In this document: positions 1 to 8,857 of the stretch, piece by piece
Layout of the letters: the number at the start of each line of letters is the position of its first letter
Position numbering within the stretch: position 1 is the first letter of the stretch
Assembly: GCF_965208355.1 (NCBI RefSeq)
Contig: NZ_CBDBOM010000003.1
Span: forward strand, 2,710,234-2,774,233
Direction: 5' to 3'
DNA length: 64,000 nt
Source: Candidatus Poriferisocius sp.
Lineage (GTDB): Bacteria > Actinomycetota > Acidimicrobiia > Acidimicrobiales > Bin134
Notes under the pieces: model-generated
Database searches by the model: none
What the model saw: only the letters and a program-made list of their open reading frames with translations
Told to the model about the DNA's origin: nothing
Position numbers and translations under genes: made by a program

Positions 1-1007
1 TCAATCTCGCCTTGGGCAACGAAGAAGTCCATTTGCTCCTTCATCACCTGCTGCACCGTCCCGCCGAGCCATGCCTGCGAGAGCTGCACGTCCCTCTCGG
101 GGAACGAGAAGGCGTCCAACAGTGCGATGGTCGGGGCACGCTCCATGCCCGCAGCTCCGGCGATGATGTCGATGAACGGCTCCCGGTCGTCGTTGTAGGC
201 CACGTTGGCGTCCTCGGTCACCTGCAAGAAGGTGGTGACGACGTCGGGATGCTCGGCGGCAAACGTGCCGGTGGTGGAGATGATGTCGAACACGCGGATG
301 CCGATGGCCTCCTGCTCGGAGCCGGTCATCACCAGGTTGCCGCCGTTGGCGATCATCTGGTTGACCGCGCCGCCGAACGCGCACGCCATGGCCACCTCGC
401 CCGAGTCCAGCGCGGCCACCGCAGCCGGGCCGCCCTCAGACTGGATCAGCTCAACCGAGGCGGTGTCCACCCCCAGGTACTCGAGCATCTTCAACAGCTT
501 GAAGTGCGTCACGTTGCCCAGCGGCGTGTAGATGCTCTGGCCCGCCAGAGTCTCCGCCGCGTTGGCCGCGTTGATGCCGAGGTCGGGGTTGGCCACGCAG
601 TTGTCGGCATCGGCATAGCTCACCGCCACGCCGACGAGGAGCAGGTCGGAACCCCCGGTCACGAAGTTGGCGAACGGCGTCAGCCCCTGGGAGTAGGAGA
701 TGTCGATGTCGCCGGCCTCCATGGCCTGGGCCATGTCGCCGCCCGATGCGAACGGAATCCAGTTCACCGTCACACCCAGAGCATCGTCATAGGTCTGGCG
801 GGCCTGCGCTACCTGGTTGGCCGTCGGCCACTCCAAGAAGTACGCCACGTTCAGCTCGTCGAGCATCATCTCGTCGTCAGGGGCAGGGGCTTCGGGAGCC
901 TCAGTGGCCTCGGGAGCAGCAGGGGCGTCTGGGGCATCGTCGTCGTCATTGCCGCAGGCCGCAACGATCAACCCCATCACCATGAATAATGCCAGTAGTC
1001 GCTTCAT
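1..1007 (-). CDS. ABC transporter substrate-binding lipoprotein, TauA/SsuA (NMT1)-like; 3' end lies outside the window
   Basis: Not in the ORF track because there is no stop inside the window. My translation from ATG at 1007 (GGAGGA a few nt upstream) reads MKRLLALFMVMGLIVAACGNDDDDAPDAPAAPEATEAPEAP..VNWIPFASGGDMAQAMEAGDIDISYS.. and stays open to position 1. It has a signal peptide with lipobox VAAC, a Pro/Ala/Glu linker, then a TauA-like binding fold. Confidence 0.75.
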   Translation of the reverse strand, partial: MKRLLALFMVMGLIVAACGNDDDDAPDAPAAPEATEAPEAPAPDDEMMLDELNVAYFLEWPTANQVAQARQTYDDALGVTVNWIPFASGGDMAQAMEAGDIDISYSQGLTPFANFVTGGSDLLLVGVAVSYADADNCVANPDLGINAANAAETLAGQSIYTPLGNVTHFKLLKMLEYLGVDTASVELIQSEGGPAAVAALDSGEVAMACAFGGAVNQMIANGGNLVMTGSEQEAIGIRVFDIISTTGTFAAEHPDVVTTFLQVTEDANVAYNDDREPFIDIIAGAAGMERAPTIALLDAFSFPERDVQLSQAWLGGTVQQVMKEQMDFFVAQGEI

Positions 1008-1041
1008 ATTGGTTCCTCCATCTCGATGGATGTCTATTGCC

Positions 1042-2415
1042 TCATTTCAAGGCCTTGAGCCAACCGCTCACGCGGTTGAACACCTGGTCGACCCGGCTCA
1101 GCAGGTCGTCGATCACTTCAGCGTCGGCCACCAGCGGCGGCGAGATCATCAACATGGCCGCACCCCGGGAGTCTGGGCGCACCAGCACCCGCGCCTCCCT
1201 CACGAACCGCTCCAGCACCCCGCCAGGCAACAACGACGCGAACTCGGCCTCGGTTAGGTCGGTGCCGCTGTCCCGGTCGCGCATCAGCTCCACGGCGTAG
1301 AAGTAGCCCGTGCCCCGGACGTCCTTCACGCAGGCGTGGGCCGCCATCAGATCGCGCAGTCCGGCCGCCAAGCGGTCTTCGTTGCCCAGCACGTTGGCCA
1401 TGACGTTCTCGTCGCGCAGCGCCGTCATGTTGGCGGCGGCGACGGCGGTGGATACGGGATGGCCGCCGAATGTGGACCCGTGGACATACATGGCCAGAGA
1501 GGAATCCCATACCCGTTCCACCAGCGGGCTCCTGACGACGAGGCCGCCCAAGGGCACATAGGCGCTGGTGACGCCTTTGGCGAAGGTGATCATGTCGGGC
1601 TCCGCGCCGAAGCGCTCGCTGCCGAACCAATGGCCGAGACGTCCGAACGAGTTGATCACCTCATCGGCGCACAACAGCACGCCATAGGCGTCGCAAATGC
1701 GGCGCAGCTCCCGCCAATAGCCCTCCGGGGGCACCAACGCGCCGCGGCCGTTCTGCACCGGCTCGGCGATCACCATGGCCACGGACTCAGGGCCCTCGGC
1801 CACGATCGCCTCTTCGACGGCGGTCACGCACGGCAGCTCAGCGGCCGATTGGCCGGCCTCGAGTTGGACGCCCAGCGTGTTGGGCACGTGTCTCACCGGT
1901 CCGGCCAGCATGGGCAGGAACGGATCTCGCAGGTTGGGAATGCCGGTCAGGGCCAAGGCGCCCAGCGAGGTCCCGTGGTAGGCCCAGTTGCGGGAGATCA
2001 CCTTGTTGCGCTGCTCTTCGCCGTTGGCCAAGTGATAGCAGCGGGCGAATTTGAGAGCCGACTCCACCGCCTCAGAGCCGGAATTCACAAAGAACACCCG
2101 GTCGAGGTCGCCGGGCGCCACGGCGGCGATCATCGATGCCGCCTCAATGGAAGAAGGGTGCGCGAAACCCCAGTTGGAGTAGAACGCCAGCTTGTCCATC
2201 TGCTTGGCCGCCGCCGCAGTCAGGTCGCTTCGACCGTGGCCCAGGTTGGTGCAGAAAAGGCCGGCGAGACCATCGAGGTAGCGGTTGCCGTCGGCGTCCC
2301 ACACGTAGCAGCCCTCGCCCCGGTCGATCACCACCAGATCGTCCGCCCGCCAAGCGTCGCCCCGCGTGAAATGGGGAATTAGGTGGCGTTGTGCCCGCTC
2401 GCGGTCACCGAGCAT
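1042..2415 (-). CDS. class-III (omega-type) PLP-dependent aminotransferase
   Basis: 457 aa ORF. Family hallmarks are ..GLFCTNLGHGR.., ..VNSGSEAVE.., ..DEVINSFGRLG.. and the PLP-lysine context ITFAKGVTS. Lies directly downstream of the TauA-like gene on the same strand. Confidence 0.85.
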   Translation of the reverse strand: MLGDRERAQRHLIPHFTRGDAWRADDLVVIDRGEGCYVWDADGNRYLDGLAGLFCTNLGHGRSDLTAAAAKQMDKLAFYSNWGFAHPSSIEAASMIAAVAPGDLDRVFFVNSGSEAVESALKFARCYHLANGEEQRNKVISRNWAYHGTSLGALALTGIPNLRDPFLPMLAGPVRHVPNTLGVQLEAGQSAAELPCVTAVEEAIVAEGPESVAMVIAEPVQNGRGALVPPEGYWRELRRICDAYGVLLCADEVINSFGRLGHWFGSERFGAEPDMITFAKGVTSAYVPLGGLVVRSPLVERVWDSSLAMYVHGSTFGGHPVSTAVAAANMTALRDENVMANVLGNEDRLAAGLRDLMAAHACVKDVRGTGYFYAVELMRDRDSGTDLTEAEFASLLPGGVLERFVREARVLVRPDSRGAAMLMISPPLVADAEVIDDLLSRVDQVFNRVSGWLKALK

Positions 2416-2579
2416 CTACCCCTCCCCCCTGGAAGCCGTGGAGCTACGTGGGTTAGACGCTATACAAATGAGTTAGAGAGCGCAATAGGTCTGCAAGAAC
2501 TTCTAATTCATATGTTATAGGTTATTGCATAAATAAGATCATCTGGGATTTAGGAGTCTTGTCGGTAGGCTGAGCGGCA
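2416..2579. promoter_or_regulatory. AT-rich divergent intergenic region, probable promoters for the aminotransferase operon and the MFS gene
   Basis: 164 nt of markedly lower G+C (..ttctaattcatatgttataggttattgcataaataagatcat..) between divergently oriented genes. No convincing operator palindrome found. Confidence 0.3.
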
Positions 2580-3926
2580 GTGGCCGAGAACGCCGTCGGG
2601 CGGCTAGAGGAAGACGACGGCGGGATCGTCGGTGGACCCCTTATCGAGACAGGGCCCAAGGGACGCGGCCTCGGTGCGGCCCGAGCCCTGCTGGTGGGAA
2701 TGCTCTTCATTCAGGTGGGCGGCGGCCTCCAGGGAGTGCTGCTGGGCGTGCGAACCGAGTCGGAGGGGTTCGGCCTGGCGGTCAGCGGCCTTGTCATGGC
2801 CTGCTTCTATCTGGGGTTCATGATCGGGACGCGACTGGCCGAGCACTTCCTGGCCGCGGTGGGCCACATCCGGGTGTTCGCGGCCTTGGCCTCGGTGGCC
2901 TCCGCGGTCTCCATTCTCCATCTGCTATGGATCAACCCCTCCGCTTGGGCACTGCTGCGGATGCTGTTCGGTCTGTGCATCGCCGGCGTCTTGGTGGTGG
3001 TGGAGTCGTGGCTGAATGACATGGCCACCAACGCCACCCGGGGTCGGCTTCTGTCGATGTACATGGTGTCGTCGATGGGCGGGCTCACCCTCGGCCAATT
3101 GCTGCTCAATGGGGGTGACCCCTTCAGTTTCGAGCTGTTCGTGATTTCCTCGGCGCTCATCTCCGCCGCGCTGGTACCCATCACGCTGTCGGCCACCAGT
3201 GCTCCTCCGCTGACCGTGCCCGAGCCGCTGTCGCTGCGCCAGCTCATCTCTCTGGCCCCCACCGGGGTGGTCACCGCCTTCTGCTCCGGCATCAGCCACG
3301 GGGCACTGCTGGGGGTGGGCGCGGTGTACGCCGCCTACGAGGGCCTGCCCACTTCCCGAATCGCCCTTTTCCTGGTATCCGCCACCGCGGGGGCCATCGC
3401 CTTCCAATGGCCCGTGGGGTCGCTTTCCGATCGGGTGTCTCGTCGAGCTGTGATCTTTGCCGCCGCCGCCGCGGCCGCCGCCATCGCCGGGATCCTGCCC
3501 TTGGTCGAGCCGGGCTCGGCCCTGTCGCTGGTGCTCATGTTCTGCTTCGGTGGCGCCACCTTCCCGCTCTATTCGCTGGCCATTGCCCTGACCGGCGACT
3601 GGGTGCCGTCGTCGCAGCTGAACGGAGCCAGCGCATCGCTCGTACGAATGGCCGGAGTGGGTTCGATAATTGGACCGGTGGCCGGCGGGGTGGTCATGAG
3701 TTTGACCGCCCCCTGGACCTTCTTTCTGGTGCTGGTGGGGGCCCATGCCGTGGTGGTGGCCTACACCGGGTGGCGGATCGTGGCCCGAGAAGGCGTCCCG
3801 GTGGATGAGCAAGGCGAGTTCGTTCCGTGGTCTACGCGGGCATCGGCCATGGCTGTGAACCTGCTGCGTCGTCCACCGCGGTCCTTCTCGCGAAATGGCG
3901 GATCTGGTCCCGGCAAGGCCGCTTAG
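2580..3926 (+). CDS. MFS transporter
   Basis: 448 aa ORF (GTG start as given; start uncertain), about 12 hydrophobic segments, typical MFS loop composition. Confidence 0.7.
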   Translation: MAENAVGRLEEDDGGIVGGPLIETGPKGRGLGAARALLVGMLFIQVGGGLQGVLLGVRTESEGFGLAVSGLVMACFYLGFMIGTRLAEHFLAAVGHIRVFAALASVASAVSILHLLWINPSAWALLRMLFGLCIAGVLVVVESWLNDMATNATRGRLLSMYMVSSMGGLTLGQLLLNGGDPFSFELFVISSALISAALVPITLSATSAPPLTVPEPLSLRQLISLAPTGVVTAFCSGISHGALLGVGAVYAAYEGLPTSRIALFLVSATAGAIAFQWPVGSLSDRVSRRAVIFAAAAAAAAIAGILPLVEPGSALSLVLMFCFGGATFPLYSLAIALTGDWVPSSQLNGASASLVRMAGVGSIIGPVAGGVVMSLTAPWTFFLVLVGAHAVVVAYTGWRIVAREGVPVDEQGEFVPWSTRASAMAVNLLRRPPRSFSRNGGSGPGKAA

Positions 3927-3972
3927 CCAATTGCCTATAGCCAGTTTCAAATAATTTCCCTATATTCCATGT

Positions 3973-5076
3973 ATGCCCACTGTGGGAATGGATGCCGAGG
4001 CGGCCTTTGGACTGGCCACCAGCTACCTGGTAGCCGCCGACGAGATCGACCGGCGGCGCCAACGGTGGGCTGCGGTACTGCCCGAGGTGGAGTATTGGCT
4101 GGGGGGTGAGCAGTACCCGGTAGAGCTGTCGCTAGGCGGGATCGCCCAACAGCTTCGGATCGACTCGGAAGACATCTCCCAGCGGGCTCAGATGATCCTG
4201 CTCGGTCCCGAAGGGCTGAACCTGGCTTTGTGGGCCATCGAGGTGCTGCGGGACGCTCCCGAGGCGTGGGGCGGCGACCACATCGTGTCGCGGGGCGACT
4301 TGGAGGGCTTCGTCACCCGCACCGACGAGTTGGGCGAGGCGTCCCGGATCCTGCTCACCAATCCCAGCCTGTTCACCATGGTGGACACGGCCCGCAACAA
4401 CCGCGACTACCTGTCCGATCCCACCGAGGGATTCTCGGCCAGCGGCGGAGACGGGCGCATCAGCCTCGACGACCTCGACGCCTTCGAGGCAAAGATGTCG
4501 GCCTACACCACGCTGCTGCCCTATCTGGCCGCAATCGACACTGCGGCCCAGGGCGACCCCACCAAAGCCGACCGGTTCTTGTCCAAGGCCGACTTCGAGG
4601 CCATCGCCGCCGATGAGAGCCTGCCGCCTGCGGTGCGGGAGGCGGCCGCGGCGGTCATCGCCCACGGGGCCTACCACCGCAAGGACGGCTTCGGCTGGGA
4701 CGACGTGGGGTTCTGGGCCATGGAGGCCGCCGGGGTGCTGCCGGTGGTGGGCGAGATCGTGGACACCACCCGGGCTCTGTACGCGCTGAGCCAGGGCGAT
4801 TGGCGCTCGGCGCTGATGTTCGCCGGGAGGGTGGCCATGCCCCTGGGGTCGGGAAAGACGCTGATGGCGGCCCGGGCGCTGGTGGAGATGGGCCGACGCC
4901 GGGCGTTCAAGGAGATGCAGTACTACACCCTCACAAAGTCGGCGGAGAAGGCCAAGAAGAAGGTGGCCAAGACCGTGCGGAAGAGGGCCACCAGCAAGGC
5001 CAAGGAGACCTACCAAGATTGGCGGGACGACGCACCAGCCGGGTTCGAATACCGGCCTCTTGTGCCTCGCCCGTAG
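3973..5076 (+). CDS. hypothetical protein with WXG-like N-terminus, EF-hand-like loop, PT-TG-like segment and a Lys/Arg-rich tail
   Basis: 367 aa ORF with coding-like G+C3. W42-L-G44 sits between two predicted helices. GGDGRISLDDLDAF resembles a Ca-binding loop. GVLPVVGEIVDTTRALYALSQGDWRSALMFAGRVAMPLGSGKT resembles the pre-toxin TG domain. The C-terminal ~65 aa are strongly basic (KAKKKVAKTVRKRATSKAK). Confidence 0.6.
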   Translation: MPTVGMDAEAAFGLATSYLVAADEIDRRRQRWAAVLPEVEYWLGGEQYPVELSLGGIAQQLRIDSEDISQRAQMILLGPEGLNLALWAIEVLRDAPEAWGGDHIVSRGDLEGFVTRTDELGEASRILLTNPSLFTMVDTARNNRDYLSDPTEGFSASGGDGRISLDDLDAFEAKMSAYTTLLPYLAAIDTAAQGDPTKADRFLSKADFEAIAADESLPPAVREAAAAVIAHGAYHRKDGFGWDDVGFWAMEAAGVLPVVGEIVDTTRALYALSQGDWRSALMFAGRVAMPLGSGKTLMAARALVEMGRRRAFKEMQYYTLTKSAEKAKKKVAKTVRKRATSKAKETYQDWRDDAPAGFEYRPLVPRP

Positions 5077-5085
5077 TCTTGAGGA

Positions 5086-5985
5086 ATGGTTTCGGAGCTG
5101 TTCGACGCCGAAGAGTGGAAGCCGGTTGAGGGGTTTGACCTGACCGACGTGACCTATCACCGCGCCGTGAACCAGGCCACGGTGCGAATCGCCTTTGACC
5201 GTCCCGAGGTGCGCAACGCCTTCCGGCCTCACACGGTGGACGAGCTTTACCGCACCCTGGACCACGCCCGCATGACCCCCGACGTGGGCACCGTGCTGCT
5301 CACCGGCAACGGGCCGTCGCCGGACGACGGCGGGTGGGCGTTCAGCTCCGGGGGCGACCAGCGAATCCGGGGAGCCGACGGCTACCAGTACGCCAGCGGC
5401 GAAACGGCCGACACGGTGGACGACGCCCGCACCGGACGCCTGCACATCTTGGAGGTGCAGCGCCTCATCCGGTTCATGCCCAAGGTGGTGATCGCCGTGG
5501 TGCCGGGGTGGGCGGCCGGCGGGGGCCACAGCCTGCACGTGGTGAGTGACATGACCTTGGCATCGGCCGAACACGCCATGTTCAAGCAGACCGATGCCGA
5601 TGTGGCCAGCTTTGACGGCGGTTTCGGCTCGGCCTACCTGGCCCGCCAAGTGGGTCAGAAGCGGGCCCGGGAGGTGTTCTTCGTGGGCAAGGCCTACACC
5701 GCGGCCGAGGCCTACGAGATGGGGATGGTCAACGCAGTGGTGCCCCACGCCGAGCTGGAGCAGGTGGCCTTGGAGTGGGCCGCGGCGGTGAACGCCAAGA
5801 GCCCCACTGCCCAGCGCATGCTGAAGTTCGCCTTCAATCTCATCGACGACGGACTGGTGGGCCAACAGGTGTTCGCCGGGGAGGCCACCCGGCTGGCCTA
5901 CGGCACCGACGAGGCCGCCGAGGGCCGGGACTCGTTCCTCGAGAAGCGCGACGCCGATTTCTCGAAGTTCCCGTATCACTTCTAG
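5086..5985 (+). CDS. menB: 1,4-dihydroxy-2-naphthoyl-CoA synthase
   Basis: 299 aa crotonase-fold protein with MenB-specific stretches (..RIAFDRPEVRNAFRP.., ..GGWAFSSGGDQ.., ..VPGWAAGGGHSLHVV.., C-terminal ..FLEKRDADFSKFPYHF). Confidence 0.95.
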   Translation: MVSELFDAEEWKPVEGFDLTDVTYHRAVNQATVRIAFDRPEVRNAFRPHTVDELYRTLDHARMTPDVGTVLLTGNGPSPDDGGWAFSSGGDQRIRGADGYQYASGETADTVDDARTGRLHILEVQRLIRFMPKVVIAVVPGWAAGGGHSLHVVSDMTLASAEHAMFKQTDADVASFDGGFGSAYLARQVGQKRAREVFFVGKAYTAAEAYEMGMVNAVVPHAELEQVALEWAAAVNAKSPTAQRMLKFAFNLIDDGLVGQQVFAGEATRLAYGTDEAAEGRDSFLEKRDADFSKFPYHF

Positions 5986-6016
5986 TCCTGTTCGAATCTG
6001 GCTCTAGGGTTCGGCC

Positions 6017-6850
6017 ATGGCCGACCCCTCCGCTGCTGATACCACTACTGACCCGCGTTTGGCCCCCCGGCCAGACTCGGCGTCGCTGGATGCGGCCACA
6101 ATGTTCGACCTGTCGGGGCGGGTGGCCATCGTCACCGGGGGCAGCCGGGGCATCGGGCTGTCCATCGCCCACGGTTTCGCCGCCCAAGGGGCCAAGGTGG
6201 TGGTGGCCAGCCGCAAGGCCGACGCCTGCGATCTGGCCGTGGCCGAGATCGCCGAGGCCGAGGGCGAGGCGCTGGCCGTGCCTGTCCACATGGGCGACCT
6301 CGACAGCGTGAACCAGCTGGTCGACGCCACCCTGGAGCACTACGGCCAGATCGACATCCTGGTGAACAACGCCGCCAACCCGCTGGGCGTTCCCATGGAG
6401 GACATCACCCCCGAGATCTGGGACAAGTCCTTTACCGTCAACCTGCGGGGGCCGTTCTTCTTGTTCCAGCGCTGCCTGCCGTCGCTCTTGGAATCCGACC
6501 ACGCCTCGGTGATCAACGTGATCTCGGTGGGGGCCTACATCCCGGCGGGTAACACCTCCATGTACTCGGCGGCCAAGGCGGGCCTGCTGTCGTACACCCG
6601 GACCATGGCCGGCGAGTACTCCGCCCGAGGCATCCGGGTGAACGCCATCGCCCCCGGCACCGTGGACACCACCATGACCCGCAACACCGGACCCGAGGCC
6701 ATGGGCCGCATGGCCGACCTCAGCCACATCGGCCGCATCGGCCACCCCGACGAGCTCGTCGGCACCGCCCTCCTCCTGGCCTCCGACGCCGGCAGCTACA
6801 TCACCGGCCAATGCATCATCGTCGACGGCGGTTTCGTCCCCGCGCGGTGA
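6017..6850 (+). CDS. SDR family oxidoreductase
   Basis: TGGSRGIG Rossmann motif, NNAA, and catalytic YSAAK. Confidence 0.9.
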   Translation: MADPSAADTTTDPRLAPRPDSASLDAATMFDLSGRVAIVTGGSRGIGLSIAHGFAAQGAKVVVASRKADACDLAVAEIAEAEGEALAVPVHMGDLDSVNQLVDATLEHYGQIDILVNNAANPLGVPMEDITPEIWDKSFTVNLRGPFFLFQRCLPSLLESDHASVINVISVGAYIPAGNTSMYSAAKAGLLSYTRTMAGEYSARGIRVNAIAPGTVDTTMTRNTGPEAMGRMADLSHIGRIGHPDELVGTALLLASDAGSYITGQCIIVDGGFVPAR

Positions 6851-6853
6851 GGT

Positions 6854-8047
6854 TCAGGCGACCTTGAAGAGGGTGGCGGCGTTGTCGCGCATGATGAGGC
6901 GCTGTTCGGGCTCGGGGCGGTTGGCGATGAGGTTGATGAAGGAGTTGGGGTCGGCGATGCCCTCAGGGTGGGGGTGGTCGGAGCCGAACAGTACCTGGGA
7001 GGCGCCGATGCGGTCGGTTAGGGCCTCCACGTCGTCTTCGGGGTAGGGGGACACGAAGCAGCACTGCTTGAAGATCTCGCTCATGCGCCCAGCGGGGCGG
7101 CCGGCGGGCCAGGGGCCGAAGCGGGCCATGCCCTTCTTCTTGTCCATCAGGGTGAGCAGGTAGTGGACCCAGTCGGAGCCGTTCTCGATGCTCAAGAAGT
7201 TGAGGTCGGGGAAACGGGCGTGCATGTTGCCGTAGAGCAGCGCCCCGAACGTCTCCATGATGGGGCGGTCGCCGTGGAGGAAGGCCCACTGGAAGGCCGA
7301 CATCTCCCGCACGTTGGCCGCCGGGTCGTCGCCCATGCGCACGGCCAAATCCCCGTAGCGCAGATCGGAGATGTGGAACGCCACCGGGATCTGGGCCTCG
7401 TTGAGGCGGGCCCAGAACAGGTCGTAGTAGGGGTCGGCGATCGAGCGGCCCTCGCCGCCCCACGGGCAAGGCCGCAGGTGCACGATGCGGGCCCCGGCCT
7501 CCAGCACCCGGTCGAGCTCTTCGATGGCGTGCTCCCGTTCCAGCAGCGACAAAAGCGGCGGGGTGAACAGACGGTCTTGGTGGACGTAGCCCCAGTCGTC
7601 TTCCAGCCACCGGTTGAAGGCCCGCAGGTTGGCGTAGGTCTGCTCCACGTCGTCAACCATGTACTCCTCCACCGACACCCCGAAGGTGGGGAGCAGGATG
7701 GCCCACTCCACGCCCTGGCTATCGAGCAGGTCGAGGCGGGCGTCGGGCTGCTTGTAGGCGGGGAGCATGTTCTCGGTGGTGTAGGCGTCGCCCCAGCTCA
7801 GGTCGGGATTGTCGCGCTTGGCCTTGAACATCTCGTACATGGAGCCCGGAGCGTTGGTCTTGTCGAACTTCACGTGCATGAAGTTGTAGGGCCGGTCGCC
7901 CACTTTGACTTCCCACTCCCCGTCGGCCCTCTGGCTGGCGGTAATGGCCATTTCCGCGTAACGAGACTCGATGTGGCGGCTGAAGCAGTCGGGGGCCTCG
8001 TAGTAGTGGTTGTCGGAGTCGAACGTGCGGTAGCCGAGGTCGGCCAT
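6854..8047 (-). CDS. amidohydrolase_2 (ACMSD/LigW/LigI-type) family protein
   Basis: 397 aa. The N-terminal ..FDSDNHYYE.. metal-ligand motif and overall pattern are typical of the PF04909-type TIM-barrel family. Confidence 0.85.
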   Translation of the reverse strand: MADLGYRTFDSDNHYYEAPDCFSRHIESRYAEMAITASQRADGEWEVKVGDRPYNFMHVKFDKTNAPGSMYEMFKAKRDNPDLSWGDAYTTENMLPAYKQPDARLDLLDSQGVEWAILLPTFGVSVEEYMVDDVEQTYANLRAFNRWLEDDWGYVHQDRLFTPPLLSLLEREHAIEELDRVLEAGARIVHLRPCPWGGEGRSIADPYYDLFWARLNEAQIPVAFHISDLRYGDLAVRMGDDPAANVREMSAFQWAFLHGDRPIMETFGALLYGNMHARFPDLNFLSIENGSDWVHYLLTLMDKKKGMARFGPWPAGRPAGRMSEIFKQCCFVSPYPEDDVEALTDRIGASQVLFGSDHPHPEGIADPNSFINLIANRPEPEQRLIMRDNAATLFKVA

Positions 8048-8052
8048 GGGGT

Positions 8053-8832
8053 TCAGCTTACGGCCAATACGAGTAGGTCAATCGTTAGGGCGACGGCGAA
8101 GTGGAGGGCGGCGCCCAAGTACACCGAGCCGGTGCGGAGGCTGAGGAAGCCGAGAACGGTTCCGGCCACGATGGACCCGAGGGCCTCGGCCAGGGGCTTC
8201 GTCAAGTGGATCATCACGTAGGGGATGAGGGCGATGAACACGGCCATGGCCCCGAAACGGCGGGCCAGGCCGTGGACCAGCACGCCGCGGAAGAAGAACT
8301 CCAGGGCCAGGAACTGCCCGGCGTACACCGCCTGCCAAATGTAGAAGCGGGGCCAGTAGCCGATGCCGGGGGGCGGCTCGTAGAACGGGTAGGTGTCCTG
8401 GAATTCGCCGTTGAAGCTGGCCGCCACCACGAACGGCAGCAGCAGCAGATACAGGCCCAGGTAGAGGGGGGCGTGGCGGCGGAGTTCGGGGCCAGCTTTG
8501 AGGCCGAGGTCGCGCAGGCGGGTGCGCAGCACGTAGCGGGCCACCAGCACGGCGGGCGCCACATACACCACCCAGCGGAACAGCCCCCAATAGATTCGGC
8601 GGTTGAAGCCGGCGTGTTCGGATTGGCCCAGGGCCCGGTCGAAACGGTTGGACAATCCGTCGAGGGCCACGCCATCGAGGGCAGTAGTCAGCCAGTCGGT
8701 GGTGGACGACAGTCCGCCGTAGCGGATGGCGATGACGGTGCCGATGGCCAGCAGGATCAGCACGACCGCGTTGCGGTCAAGCTCTCCCGGCGCCGGAGCC
8801 GCGGCCCGAATCCGGCCGCCGATCCCGCTCAT
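8053..8832 (-). CDS. CPBP (CAAX/Abi) family intramembrane protease
   Basis: 259 aa polytopic membrane protein with LEFFFRG (ExxxR), a conserved His in ..YVMIHLTKP.. and AALHFAVA (HxxxA/N-like) motifs. Confidence 0.65.
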   Translation of the reverse strand: MSGIGGRIRAAAPAPGELDRNAVVLILLAIGTVIAIRYGGLSSTTDWLTTALDGVALDGLSNRFDRALGQSEHAGFNRRIYWGLFRWVVYVAPAVLVARYVLRTRLRDLGLKAGPELRRHAPLYLGLYLLLLPFVVAASFNGEFQDTYPFYEPPPGIGYWPRFYIWQAVYAGQFLALEFFFRGVLVHGLARRFGAMAVFIALIPYVMIHLTKPLAEALGSIVAGTVLGFLSLRTGSVYLGAALHFAVALTIDLLVLAVS

Positions 8833-8857
8833 CGGCCAGGACTCAATGGGCCGAGCG

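Noticed and set aside
2416-3972. AT-rich spacers at 2416-2579 and 3927-3972, as possible marks of horizontally acquired DNA around the MFS and PT-TG-like genes.
   Set aside because: The flanking coding sequences have the same G+C-rich codon usage as the rest of the window. There are no integrase, tRNA or direct-repeat boundaries. They are most simply promoter regions.
4132-5979. Long ORFs antisense to real genes. Examples are 4132-5979(-), 5840-6811(-), 7163-8221(+), 14024-15406(-), 16504-18201(+), 23340-25007(+), 42104-43762(-) and 53793-54974(+).
   Set aside because: They are typical high-G+C artefacts. Their translations are Arg/Gly/Pro/His-rich low-complexity strings with no family features, and each lies opposite a gene with clear conserved motifs.
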